Origin: a virus
Taxonomy: Duplodnaviria; Caudoviricetes
Reading direction: 5' to 3' (one strand)
Virus record (IMG/VR): IMGVR_UViG_3300037323_000213
Span: 1-58,317 of that record
Length of the DNA: 58,317 nt
Position numbers and translations under genes: made by a program. Shown here one piece after another: positions 9,152-18,810 of the stretch. Numbering within the stretch: the first letter of the stretch is position 1; every line of letters begins with the position of its first letter. The notes beneath the pieces are model-generated. The model was not told the DNA's origin. It was given only the letters and a program-made list of their open reading frames with translations, and did no database searches.

Positions 9152-9820
9152 ATGGCGGGCAAACGAAAGCAGACCGAAGCGTTCATCATCGCACACATCA
9201 ACGAGCTCACCGGGGGCACCTCCAACGAGGCACTATACACCAAGCTGTTTGCCTCCATGGACGATCAGGCGTTTGACAAATTCATGGCCGACCTAGACAG
9301 CGGCGAGCAGCAGCTGTGTGTTGTAGCACCCAACTTCGGCAAAGAAAAATTGAGCGTGCCACGCAACTTGGCCATGGCCGAGCGACTGGGGCACCAGTTC
9401 TTTCAGCGCGTGTGGATTCCTGCCAAGGGCGACATACCGTCCTACCTCACGCCGATTCCCTACTTGGTCGTTGATTTGCCGCTTCGCCGTCAAGCGCAGA
9501 TCTTGCAAAAGAAAATATCCATCCCCGAGGACAACAACTCGGTGGATGATTTCACGGGTCAGCCCACGGGCAAATCCAAAGGCGCTCGGGTGTCGTACCC
9601 CGAGACCCAGGTGCTTGCCGCCCTGGGGCTGAACAAATGCCTCACCGAGTTTCTGAAGTACCGAGGGGGCGATGAGAAGGGCTTTAACGCGATGAACACA
9701 ATGATCAACCGCACTGGAGGTGTCTCCATGCAGGCCATCGAGCCCTTCTCTGGCAAGGTGAAAAGCACGGCGACTCTAAAGAGCATGCTCGCGGGCATGC
9801 ACCTGAAAAGCACGCTTTAA
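9152..9820 (+). CDS. Virion RNA polymerase beta C-terminal subunit (phiKZ gp149-like)
   Basis: DDFTGQPTGKSKGARVSYPE resembles the RpoB C-terminal TQQP.GG.AQ.GGQRFGEME region. Confidence 0.8.
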   Translation: MAGKRKQTEAFIIAHINELTGGTSNEALYTKLFASMDDQAFDKFMADLDSGEQQLCVVAPNFGKEKLSVPRNLAMAERLGHQFFQRVWIPAKGDIPSYLTPIPYLVVDLPLRRQAQILQKKISIPEDNNSVDDFTGQPTGKSKGARVSYPETQVLAALGLNKCLTEFLKYRGGDEKGFNAMNTMINRTGGVSMQAIEPFSGKVKSTATLKSMLAGMHLKSTL

Positions 9821-9866
9821 AATTACCATGGGGCGTATTTATCTGAGTACCGTCTGTTCACTCCCC

Positions 9867-10301
9867 ATGAAAGTCCCTCAAATGTACGAGACCCCCACCC
9901 CACAGAGCCTGCGCTCTGAGAGCCCACACGACTACACCGTTCGCTGCATCGTGGCGGGCACCCGCCACTACAACAACATGCGCGAGTTCCACGAGGGTGT
10001 TTGCAGCTTCTTGCACGAGCTGCACGCACCCGTGCTGTTCATCTCGGGTGCGGCGCGCTCGGGCGCAGACGACCTGATCATTCGCTGGTGCCAGCGTTTT
10101 GGCTACCCGTGCTTGCAGATGCCTGCGGACTGGAGCGAGGGGCGAGGTGCGGGCTTTGCCCGCAACACGAGCATGGCCGCTGTTGCCACGCACTTGCTGG
10201 CGTTTCACGACGGGCACTCACCGGGCACACAGCACATGATCGAGCAAGCTGTTAGCAAGCGCCTGCGTGTGAAGACCCTGCGGGTGAGGGTTCCCACATG
10301 A
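9867..10301 (+). CDS. SLOG superfamily (DUF2493/YspA-like) protein
   Basis: IVAGTR, ISGAARSGAD, PADW, AGFARN..MA and AFHDGHSPGTQHMI motifs. Confidence 0.75.
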   Translation: MKVPQMYETPTPQSLRSESPHDYTVRCIVAGTRHYNNMREFHEGVCSFLHELHAPVLFISGAARSGADDLIIRWCQRFGYPCLQMPADWSEGRGAGFARNTSMAAVATHLLAFHDGHSPGTQHMIEQAVSKRLRVKTLRVRVPT

Positions 10302-11050
10302 CCGCAGCCCTCAAGTACCTAAAGAAGGTTTATGTCTCACTGGACAGCTTGCTTGATACCCGACTCGGTGCGCTTAACTGCATCGATGCGGGCTTTGCGT
10401 TTGACACCGCCACCAGCAGCGTTTACTTTGAGCGCGATCACGACAGCTTCACCACCCCCAAAGGGGGGACACTCAGTGCCGAGAAGTTTCGGGCCTACTA
10501 CAGCGCGAACCGACAAAAGGTGGTGCGCGCCTCGATGAAAACCAAGATGGACAGTTTCTTGGGCGAGTTGTGCATGCAGTTTGTCAAACAAACGCTGGGC
10601 ACGCCGCACTACGCCGCAGTAGAGATCGAGGTCAACGTGCACCCCTACGTGCTCAGTCCAACCGAGGTGTCAGACATCGTGGCGGTGCTGGCGTACTACC
10701 TGGGCTTACAGTACACGATCACCGCAGTCAACCTGAGCGCTGAGCAGCTCACGCTGGAGCGCGTGCGCGAGCACTACTGCGCCATGATTTTGTACGATTA
10801 CCACGAGTGGCTAAACTTGCACGACCTGGCCATTCGCAAAAAGCCACTCAAAGAGGTGTGCCTGTACGTCCCCAAGCTGTACTTTGGCCCCAAGCCAAGT
10901 GCCAAAGAGCTGCAGAACTTTGTGGACCACAGCACGACACCCTTTGAGCTGTCCCAGCACGTGCTGGCCCCCTTGGTGCTCGTGCAGTACTTGCCCATTG
11001 CCCTGTACTGCGCAGACATCCCAGCGCCCGTCAGCGCCCAGGCGGCATAA
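10298..11050 (+). CDS. Conserved phiKZ-like hypothetical protein
   Basis: VYVSLDSLLDTRLG N-terminal motif; ATGA overlap with the upstream gene. Confidence 0.6.
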   Translation: MTAALKYLKKVYVSLDSLLDTRLGALNCIDAGFAFDTATSSVYFERDHDSFTTPKGGTLSAEKFRAYYSANRQKVVRASMKTKMDSFLGELCMQFVKQTLGTPHYAAVEIEVNVHPYVLSPTEVSDIVAVLAYYLGLQYTITAVNLSAEQLTLERVREHYCAMILYDYHEWLNLHDLAIRKKPLKEVCLYVPKLYFGPKPSAKELQNFVDHSTTPFELSQHVLAPLVLVQYLPIALYCADIPAPVSAQAA

Positions 11051-11103
11051 GCGCCCCCAAGGCGCTGAGCATCCAGCGCCTTGGGGGCGGGTTTCAAAGG
11101 CGC

Positions 11104-11535
11104 TTACACGCCGTCGCCGCGCAGCTCTTGCTGAGCGGCCATGAACGTCTCGTAGCTCATGGCCCCCGTGTAGTCATCCAACTCGCCTTGGACCAGCGCG
11201 GGCATCTCCACGTGCTCACCCAGCACCGGGATGGTACCCACCTCACCGGCGCGCGCGTGGCCCAGTTGCTTTAGACGCGGGTCCATGAACAGCTGAGCGA
11301 GCGTGGCAGCCGCTGTCACACGAGCACCATTCACGCCCTCATCGGACTTGATCTTCTTCTTGCCCAGCGCGGTGCGGTCCATGTCGGCCAAGGCACTCAG
11401 GAGCACCATTTGCTCCTTTGTGTCAGCGGGCATACCGCCCTTGACCATGGAGGCGACCAGTTGCTGGCGTATGCCACAGGTGTACGCCAAGACATCATCA
11501 TCAGAGTCAATTGGGGCGTTGGGTTGATTGCTCAT
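11104..11535 (-). CDS. Hypothetical protein
   Basis: 143-aa ORF convergent with 10298..11050 across a shared hairpin. Confidence 0.65.
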   Translation of the reverse strand: MSNQPNAPIDSDDDVLAYTCGIRQQLVASMVKGGMPADTKEQMVLLSALADMDRTALGKKKIKSDEGVNGARVTAAATLAQLFMDPRLKQLGHARAGEVGTIPVLGEHVEMPALVQGELDDYTGAMSYETFMAAQQELRGDGV

Positions 11536-11597
11536 GTCAAACGGCTTTCTCTAAAGTGGGATGAAACAATTTTCAATCACATATCATCTAAGTGTGT

Positions 11598-12119
11598 ATG
11601 CTCTCCAACCTTTTGTTTCCCAACTGGGCGCGCAAGCTGCGCACCAAATTGCGTTGCTTGCTTGCTTACAAACACCTGCCCGATGCCAGTGGCTATCATG
11701 AGAGAGTGGGCGCACTCCAAGCATTGGACCCCCAGCTCTTTGCAAAGCACGACCCCTTTCGGGCGTGCCAGTTCTCGCTCACTGTGATCTACCCCAGCCT
11801 GAGCGCCTACACCCAAGCCACGCGCTTGGCCAACCACCACCTGCGCGAAGGCCTGGGCATTCGCAACCACTGGTGCGACTACGCCAGCGAGCGCATCAGT
11901 TTGGAGGACTTCTTTATCGACCGCACCGCACAGCGCCACCTAGAGCCCACCGATGAGGTGGGCGCATTCAAGCAAACCGCGCTGGAGTTCTTCGCCCTGT
12001 ACCGCGCCAACGGCGCGGTGAGAACGGGTGAGCATTCTCACAACGCACGCGTCCTGAGCAAATTTGAGCGCCATCTAAGCTCGCTTACCGAGCGACTGCT
12101 GGTGTACTCGGTTGGCTGA
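11598..12119 (+). CDS. Hypothetical protein
   Basis: First ORF of a co-oriented run with typical codon usage. Confidence 0.6.
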   Translation: MLSNLLFPNWARKLRTKLRCLLAYKHLPDASGYHERVGALQALDPQLFAKHDPFRACQFSLTVIYPSLSAYTQATRLANHHLREGLGIRNHWCDYASERISLEDFFIDRTAQRHLEPTDEVGAFKQTALEFFALYRANGAVRTGEHSHNARVLSKFERHLSSLTERLLVYSVG

Positions 12120-12158
12120 TCAGGCCCGTCCTCGCACACGTCAAAGGAAACATGATCC

Positions 12159-12929
12159 ATGGCCGATAGGAACAAGAACAAGTACCAAGTCGAAAAACTA
12201 CTGGCACTGCCCGACAAGGGCATCTCCCAGACCCGAGGAATTGGCGGGATCTTGGCTCGCCTGTGGCGCGTGATCTGGCAAGACCTGAGCATGTCGCCCA
12301 GTCGCTTTGAGAACTTGCTCACCGACTTCATCACCTCGGCCAACAAAAAGCCGATCGATGACCGCATCACTTTGCACCTGACCCGGGGCAACATGAGGCG
12401 CGAGTTGGAAAAAGACGCAATGACGTTCAAGGTCTTTGTCAAAGCAATGAAGTTTCTAAAAGTCACCAGCGTGAAGATCATCGTCGTGCTTGAGCACACA
12501 ACGGGGCGCACGACCTCTCACCACCTGGACATCAATTTGTTGATGCCCGTGCTGCGAGGCAGCGCGCTCTTGACGCGCTTGTGGCTGCAGGTGCAACACG
12601 ACTTGAACGTGACCGGTGACACCAACCGCTTTGAGCAGCTGCTGCTGGACTTCATCATCCACGCCAAACAAGGCGTGCCCGAGAGCAAGTTGCCTCGCCA
12701 CCTAACGCGCGGGCACCTCAGGCGCGAGTTGGAGAAGGACACGATGACGTTCAAGGTGTTCATCAAGGCCATGAAGTTGCTGAAGGTGCGCAATTTTAAA
12801 ATGATCGCTGAGTTGAATCATCTGAACGGTGACATCACCGCTCACCACACGTCTGTCGATTTGGGCAACGCGCACCTAGCGGGTGAGGCGTACAGCGCAG
12901 ACATCCCAGACACAAAATCACAACCCTAA
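12159..12929 (+). CDS. Hypothetical protein with an internally duplicated ~90-aa domain
   Basis: Two copies of L.RLW...DL....RFE.LL.DFI....HLTRG..RRELEKD.MTFKVF.KAMK.LKV. Confidence 0.75.
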   Translation: MADRNKNKYQVEKLLALPDKGISQTRGIGGILARLWRVIWQDLSMSPSRFENLLTDFITSANKKPIDDRITLHLTRGNMRRELEKDAMTFKVFVKAMKFLKVTSVKIIVVLEHTTGRTTSHHLDINLLMPVLRGSALLTRLWLQVQHDLNVTGDTNRFEQLLLDFIIHAKQGVPESKLPRHLTRGHLRRELEKDTMTFKVFIKAMKLLKVRNFKMIAELNHLNGDITAHHTSVDLGNAHLAGEAYSADIPDTKSQP

Positions 12930-12938
12930 GGAGAGCAA

Positions 12939-13436
12939 ATGAGTCAGACCTGTTTATCCAGTGCAGAGATGTTCTCTGCGATGGAGGTGTTCACCAGCTG
13001 CAGCGCCAACGCGCTGCATCACGCAAGCGAAGCTGAGCACGAGCACCTGTCAAAGTGGCTGAAAAACGAAGTCTACCCGATCGTGCCGTGCTTCTCGCTG
13101 CGCCCCGACAGTGTAAGCACGCTGCTGGATGCGGTGTTCAAAGACACCGTTGTGCGCGACTTCTGTCTCACGCTCACGACGCGCTTCTTTGCGTTGTGCT
13201 GCGAGGGCGAGCAGTTCACCATCCGCTTGGCAGCCAGCCTGAGCAACGGCCTGGCCGTAGACGGACCAGACACAAAGCTGAGCATCGTGCCAAACGTCAT
13301 CAAAGACTCGATGCCCCAGAGCATCTTCTCTTTGCATTTCAAGAACACCACGCCCGTGAAGTTCTTGGAGAGCAACAAGGTGTTCATGGTGCTGCTCATG
13401 CTGCACCTGACGCACGCGCCCCCCAGCGCCAATTGA
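12939..13436 (+). CDS. Hypothetical / putative virion protein
   Basis: AAGGAG RBS; 165 aa. Confidence 0.65.
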   Translation: MSQTCLSSAEMFSAMEVFTSCSANALHHASEAEHEHLSKWLKNEVYPIVPCFSLRPDSVSTLLDAVFKDTVVRDFCLTLTTRFFALCCEGEQFTIRLAASLSNGLAVDGPDTKLSIVPNVIKDSMPQSIFSLHFKNTTPVKFLESNKVFMVLLMLHLTHAPPSAN

Positions 13437-13473
13437 ATCCAGCATCTCGATCCCCAGCAATCAAAGGAAAATC

Positions 13474-14487
13474 ATGAACTCGCACAGTAGCATCGATCAG
13501 TTTGCCGAGTCGGTCACCACCGACTCAGTTGAGCCAGCTGCCAACAATGAGCAGGAGGGCGCCGCGTCCTCCTCAGTCAAAGTCATCACCGACTTGCTGC
13601 AGCGAGCGGGTGCGTCTGTTGTTGTCAGCACCGGCCTGGGCGAGCAAGCTCGCCCAGACGCAGTTGTCTTGGTCGAACTGGACGACCAAGACGCTCAGGC
13701 ACTCACCCAGGCCATTCGGGACGCCTACGAAGAGCAAGACCTGGCAGCTCAAAGCGAGGTGCCAGACAACAGCGTTGACATTCAGCGCTTGGCCGAGCAC
13801 TTCAAGGTGCGCCCGGAGCCCGCGCGCGCAGGTCGAAAGATCAACAACGGTCAAGCCGTGAGGCCCAAAGGCCCCAGTGCACTCAAACCCGCAGCGCCCA
13901 AAGTGGCCGTGGCACGCTCGGAGCGTGCCAAGGACTACATGCGCCAAGCCATGCAGTCGGCACATCGAGATGAGGACGGCCTAGACCACCTGAACACGTC
14001 ATCCAGTGCGAAGACCCGCTTGGGCCAAGCGCTGGACATCAACGCACACACCCCGTTTAACCACCCCGACTTGGGGGTATTTAACTCCGTGGGTGGCCTG
14101 TGGTATTACATCGGTGGTGAGACACAAAACGACATCTTTCGCACCTTGCACGGCCAGCAGTGCCGCACCCAAGGCAAGAAGATCCGCTTGCGCGAGGTCA
14201 CTGGCTTTAAGACCATTATCGCAGAGGCGACGTGGTTCAAGGTGATGGCCGACTCGGCGCTGCGCCAAGCCGTGGCAGAGTCAACACTCCCATTTCGCTC
14301 CTACCACCTCCAAGGCGATTTGAGCCTCCCCGTGGCCACTGTGACCGAGGAGTGGTACGCCTATGTGCTCGAGACCATTCGAGACACCTTGGTGCAAAAC
14401 ACCGGTGAGGCGCTCAACACCTCACCGGACTTTGACCAGCTAGATCAGCCCCAGCGCCAGCGCAGAGACACGCGCGCTCGGCGCTGA
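13474..14487 (+). CDS. Protein with a disordered N-terminus and a C-terminal domain resembling T4 gp30.3/NADAR-like proteins
   Basis: DGLDHLN...KTRLGQAL...HTPF.....G.FNSVGGLWYY resembles the gp30.3-type pattern (recalled, not searched). Confidence 0.45.
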   Translation: MNSHSSIDQFAESVTTDSVEPAANNEQEGAASSSVKVITDLLQRAGASVVVSTGLGEQARPDAVVLVELDDQDAQALTQAIRDAYEEQDLAAQSEVPDNSVDIQRLAEHFKVRPEPARAGRKINNGQAVRPKGPSALKPAAPKVAVARSERAKDYMRQAMQSAHRDEDGLDHLNTSSSAKTRLGQALDINAHTPFNHPDLGVFNSVGGLWYYIGGETQNDIFRTLHGQQCRTQGKKIRLREVTGFKTIIAEATWFKVMADSALRQAVAESTLPFRSYHLQGDLSLPVATVTEEWYAYVLETIRDTLVQNTGEALNTSPDFDQLDQPQRQRRDTRARR

Positions 14488-14703
14488 ACCACCCACTGGC
14501 GCTCACGCGCCAGTTGTCAGAGTCAACTCCCGCGGGGCTTCAGTGCCCCGAGGGAGTTGCAGTCAATCGCAGCACATCCGCAATTGCAAATGAACACGAA
14601 ACAAAAGATAATTTAGTATCTGCGAGATAACCCACGCAGCACGAGCTCGCAGATCAGCATCAGCCTGCGCAAAGCCAAGAGCACGATCGACTCTGCCATC
14701 AAA

Positions 14704-14952
14704 GTGATCAGTAACGAAAAACTGTGCAGATCGGTGGTGGGCGACAAGTACATCTTCTATCACGAGCTGACCGAGGAGGATAACAAAGACAAATTGCCAC
14801 TGAACGTAAACGATCAGTCAATCACGATCTCAAGCAGCAAAGGCGCACCCAGCAGAGCGCCTTTGCTGAACGTGCTGTATATCCCCAGTACGTGGGAGTC
14901 CGTGCGCCCCGGCGCAGACGATCACAAGCAGCACCGCTCGCTTTGCAGATAA
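14704..14952 (+). CDS. Small hypothetical protein (uncertain start)
   Basis: 82-aa ORF ending just before a terminator-like hairpin. Confidence 0.3.
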   Translation: MISNEKLCRSVVGDKYIFYHELTEEDNKDKLPLNVNDQSITISSSKGAPSRAPLLNVLYIPSTWESVRPGADDHKQHRSLCR

Positions 14953-15063
14953 CCTCTGACATAAGCACCTGCTTAAGGCTACGGGCCGCACACCTCCACA
15001 TGAGGTGTGCGGCCCGTATGCTGGCTGCCTTATTTTTTTGTTAAAAAGAGAGGTCCCAGTACC

Positions 15064-16524
15064 ATGGCATTCAAATTAGCCGCCACCACGTTCTCAACAG
15101 AGCCCGATGAGGCGCTCGCTGCTGTTGATGCTTATGACTTGCAAAATTCTAAACCCATCAACGCCGTGCCCGACATACTGAGCGCAGCTGATCTGGGGAG
15201 CTTGGTGGGCTTAAAGGGCATTGCCTCAGCGCCGAGCTTGAAGATGCTGTCTGGTGCCGCGCAGGGCTTGAAGGTAGACAAAGACGCTTTGATAAAAGGC
15301 GTCCTCGGGAGCAACGCTGGCCTCTTGAGTGCGCTAAAGGGCTTGCCCAGTACGCTGCAAGAGGGCATGACAAAGGCCGGGGGAATGAGCAAGATTCTGG
15401 CCACGGTCAACGGTGTTACCTCCATCGTGAGCCGCGCCAACTTGAGCACCCTAAACGGCGTTGGCAGCTTGATCAATGGGCTGGCCACGGTGAAGCTGCC
15501 GATCTCGTTTACCGACGTCTCTGGGCTGGTGAACCTGAGCTCTAACCTGATCCGACAGGCCACCTCGCTGAACATCCCCGGCGTGTTTAAGGCCGTGACC
15601 GATGGCATTGAGAACAAATCAATTGTCAACGGGATCGTGCGCAGCAGCATAGGCACGGTGCTGGGCACGGGCAACGTGCGACTGCTGGGGGACATGGCCA
15701 ACAGCCTCTCGGGCAAGTACATCATCAAGGCGATGCCCCGTTTTGCCCAGGACTTCACCAAGAAGTTCGTGCTCCCCGCTGGCACCCGAGCCAACTCGCT
15801 CTTTGCCATCTCAAACAGCGTCACCTCCAGCCTGTCCAAGATCGACAAGACGTGGGACAACGCGCAGCGCTTGGGTCAAAACACGCTGAACATGGTGTCC
15901 TTGGGCAGTGCCAGCGCAGACATGCGAAAACTGATTGATGTGCAAACCTCTTTTCGCCGCCAAGACACCAGCGCCCAAAGTGCCAGCACGCTGAACACCT
16001 CTGCAATTGACAACCCCTTGGTGCGCGCCTCGGCCTTTCGCCAGTTTGCTGATCAAGAGAGCACGCTCAGTTTCTTCAATCAACCGCTGCCTGGTGCGCC
16101 TGGGCTTAGGCGGGCCAGTCAGCCCGCTGTCTTCGCTTCGGTCTCAGACAGCTTGCAGGCGAGTTTTCCAACCGTCCCCAACGACGCGTCTCGCCGCAAG
16201 GACAACACCTTGTCTGGTCAAACCACCTCCAGGGGCGCTGCTGATCAAGAAACAATTTCTGCCAAACTGGTTGAGCTCAACGCGCTGCTGAGGGCCTGGG
16301 AAGAACAGATGGATATCGCCCAGGGCTTGGCAAGCGAGATTGCCCCCAACGAGCGCGCGGGTAATTTTGAGCGCGCACGCGCGCTGCGCGCTCAAAGCGA
16401 CTCGGTTCGCGTCATGGCCATTCGCAAATACAACCAGGTGTTTATCCGGCTCACGCGAGAGATCTCAAACGCGGGATACACCGGTGTGTTGCCCGTGATA
16501 CCTGACCGCACCAGTGACATCTGA
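15064..16524 (+). CDS. Putative virion/baseplate-associated protein
   Basis: AGAGG RBS; Ser/Gly/Ala-rich protein of about 486 aa next to the tail genes. Confidence 0.55.
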   Translation: MAFKLAATTFSTEPDEALAAVDAYDLQNSKPINAVPDILSAADLGSLVGLKGIASAPSLKMLSGAAQGLKVDKDALIKGVLGSNAGLLSALKGLPSTLQEGMTKAGGMSKILATVNGVTSIVSRANLSTLNGVGSLINGLATVKLPISFTDVSGLVNLSSNLIRQATSLNIPGVFKAVTDGIENKSIVNGIVRSSIGTVLGTGNVRLLGDMANSLSGKYIIKAMPRFAQDFTKKFVLPAGTRANSLFAISNSVTSSLSKIDKTWDNAQRLGQNTLNMVSLGSASADMRKLIDVQTSFRRQDTSAQSASTLNTSAIDNPLVRASAFRQFADQESTLSFFNQPLPGAPGLRRASQPAVFASVSDSLQASFPTVPNDASRRKDNTLSGQTTSRGAADQETISAKLVELNALLRAWEEQMDIAQGLASEIAPNERAGNFERARALRAQSDSVRVMAIRKYNQVFIRLTREISNAGYTGVLPVIPDRTSDI

Positions 16525-16537
16525 CGATTGATTTGCA

Positions 16538-16596
16538 GCATATTGTCCCACCCCTCAAGCCTAAATGGCTGGGGTGGGACAATATGCCGGCTTTTC
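16538..16596. terminator. Stem-loop between convergent genes
   Basis: GCATATTGTCCCACCCC / GGGGTGGGACAATATGC inverted repeat. Confidence 0.65.
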
Positions 16597-18687
16597 TTAA
16601 TCTCGGTTTGTGGCGCCTCGCATGAAGCTACCCAGCATCGACACCCCGGGCAAATTCGCGGTGTACTGCGCCCAGTGCGAGCTGCTGAAGAACGTGTCGA
16701 GCTGCGCGAGCTTGTTGTTTGCTTGGTACCTGAGCATGGGGAAGCGGTTCACCGTGTCGTGCAGCTTCATGCCTGACAAAGCCATCAAGTAGTCACTGAA
16801 CGAGTTCTCCGCATCAAAGAGCCCCTCAAAGGGCATGAAGCTAAAGCCCGGCTGAATGGGCATGGCAACGATGGAGGACATGTCCATTATGGTGAATGTG
16901 ACATCAATGGCCATCGCTTGGCCCTCGTTGTTAAAGCCCAGGTTGGACGTGCCGCGCGAGATGCTCATGTCCTTGATGATCCCCAAGCGCGTGATCACGC
17001 GGCCCCGGTCGTGCAGCTCGACCAAGAACGGGCTCGTGTAGGACTGCTTGCCCGTGGCCAGTGGGAGCGCACCTGCCAGCAGCATGGCCAGGGGCACGTA
17101 GATGTTGAACATCTTGGACACGGGGTTGCCGTAGGGGCTGATCAGCGTCATGGAGTACGTGGCCGTGGGCAGCGAGGCGCTGGACGCCTCCCAGTGCTGG
17201 GGGATGTCCACAAAGCAAGAGCCCGCAAACGCCGCGAGCCCCTCCAGGTGCAGCACCGAGCCGATGGTTGACAGCACGGTGCCCACCCCAGCGACCACAT
17301 CGCCCACAACGCCCCCAGACAGGGTGTTGCGAATGTCTCTCGCCGCCCCAGACACGCTGTTGATCTTTTGCGCCATGGCCGAAGGTGCCGTTGAGTTGCT
17401 AAACGACTCTTGCACCGCCCCGGTGTAGTCCACGCGAAAAGACGCCCAGTCCGCACCATCGGCCAAGTTGGCCACGAAGTAGGAGAAAAACGAATCGACT
17501 GGTGCGTCGTTCTCGTAGACCGAGGCCTTGGCCGCCAGTACGTCTGCGCTGCTGCCTGCGCCGTCCTTGGGGTGCTTGGGGTCTTTCTCAATGGAGCCCT
17601 CAGCGTTTGCTTTGGAGTAGAACTCAAAATCGATGAACCGCTGCAAAAACGTCTCCAGCGAGGTGCTGGGCACTTGGGTGTTTAGTTGCTGCAAGTTCTC
17701 GTTGGTCCCGGCAATGCCGCGCACCACACCAAAGAAATCCTCGCCGTTTGCCGTCTCAAACGCCTTTAGCTTCAAGCTCTCGGATTTTTCAAACAAGCGC
17801 TTGGCCCGGTTGGCCACTGCGTACACGTCGATTGTGCCGTTCTTGGAAAACTCGGGCATGATTTGGGAGAAAATGCTTTTGTCCGCTGTCGTGAAGTTGG
17901 CCTCTTGGCCCAAGAGCTGGTCCTTTTGCGTGGGCTCGATGTAGCTGATCAAGCCTTGGTTGACACCAATTTGGTTCACCAGAGACGTGACTGCGTTCCA
18001 GTACAGGGGCATGGACGGCTTTAGGGTGTAGAACTTGCTTGTGGGCCACTTCATGAAGTAACGCACCGCGCTGCCAAACATCAAAATGGCCACCGGGATG
18101 ATGGCCAGTGGTGCAATGGCCAGTGCAATCACCGTCCCCCCAAAACGCAAGAAGGTGTTGACGAAATTGGCATCAAAGCGCCCGGTGCGCGCAGCCGCAC
18201 CCGCGGAGCTGCTGTAAAAGCCCGTGAAAAACTGAATCAGCGAGTTGTACTGTGCCACCCCAAAGCGCATGTGGATGATTTGGTTGTTGTCATCAATGGC
18301 CTCGCTGTAGTAGCGCCCCATGCCAATGTCGCCTGCTTGGTAGCCAATACCCACGTCCATGGCGCCTTGGCGTATGCCCTTGTCGGGCACATCGGCGTAG
18401 CGCGTGAACGCAGGCGGGGGGTTGATGCAGATGTTTCCGCCCAAGCTCGAATCGGTGTACTTGATGCTGGCTGAGGAGAATTTGCCGTTTCGCATGTCTC
18501 CTGCGTCCATGAAAGGAACTCTGGTCTCCTTGTCCGTTGGGATCACAAAGGCTTGGCGCACCCACTGGTTGTTTCTCAAAATATCATCGGGGCGCTCACC
18601 GGCAGGCGCGCCTTGCAGCAACAAGTCTGAGACCAAGCCGTCGATGTAGTTGGGGCTGTCAGCAAGGGGAGATGGGTCTGGGGTCAT
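16597..18687 (-). CDS. Virion tail/baseplate structural protein (phiKZ gp182-like)
   Basis: About 700 aa, immediately downstream of the gp181-like gene as in phiKZ; an alternative start exists at 18711. Confidence 0.65.
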   Translation of the reverse strand: MTPDPSPLADSPNYIDGLVSDLLLQGAPAGERPDDILRNNQWVRQAFVIPTDKETRVPFMDAGDMRNGKFSSASIKYTDSSLGGNICINPPPAFTRYADVPDKGIRQGAMDVGIGYQAGDIGMGRYYSEAIDDNNQIIHMRFGVAQYNSLIQFFTGFYSSSAGAAARTGRFDANFVNTFLRFGGTVIALAIAPLAIIPVAILMFGSAVRYFMKWPTSKFYTLKPSMPLYWNAVTSLVNQIGVNQGLISYIEPTQKDQLLGQEANFTTADKSIFSQIMPEFSKNGTIDVYAVANRAKRLFEKSESLKLKAFETANGEDFFGVVRGIAGTNENLQQLNTQVPSTSLETFLQRFIDFEFYSKANAEGSIEKDPKHPKDGAGSSADVLAAKASVYENDAPVDSFFSYFVANLADGADWASFRVDYTGAVQESFSNSTAPSAMAQKINSVSGAARDIRNTLSGGVVGDVVAGVGTVLSTIGSVLHLEGLAAFAGSCFVDIPQHWEASSASLPTATYSMTLISPYGNPVSKMFNIYVPLAMLLAGALPLATGKQSYTSPFLVELHDRGRVITRLGIIKDMSISRGTSNLGFNNEGQAMAIDVTFTIMDMSSIVAMPIQPGFSFMPFEGLFDAENSFSDYLMALSGMKLHDTVNRFPMLRYQANNKLAQLDTFFSSSHWAQYTANLPGVSMLGSFMRGATNRD

Positions 18688-18759
18688 AAATGAGAGTTCC
18701 TTTGGCTGCATTGGGCAGTGTGCCCACTCATGTCATGGGACTGAAGCGGTGCAGCACAA

Positions 18760-18796
18760 GCCCCAGTGGGTCTGACGAATCAGACCCACTGGGGTG
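18760..18796. terminator. Intergenic stem-loop
   Basis: CCCCAGTGGGTCTGA / TCAGACCCACTGGGG inverted repeat. Confidence 0.55.
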
Positions 18797-18810
18797 CATG
18801 GCTTGGCTGC

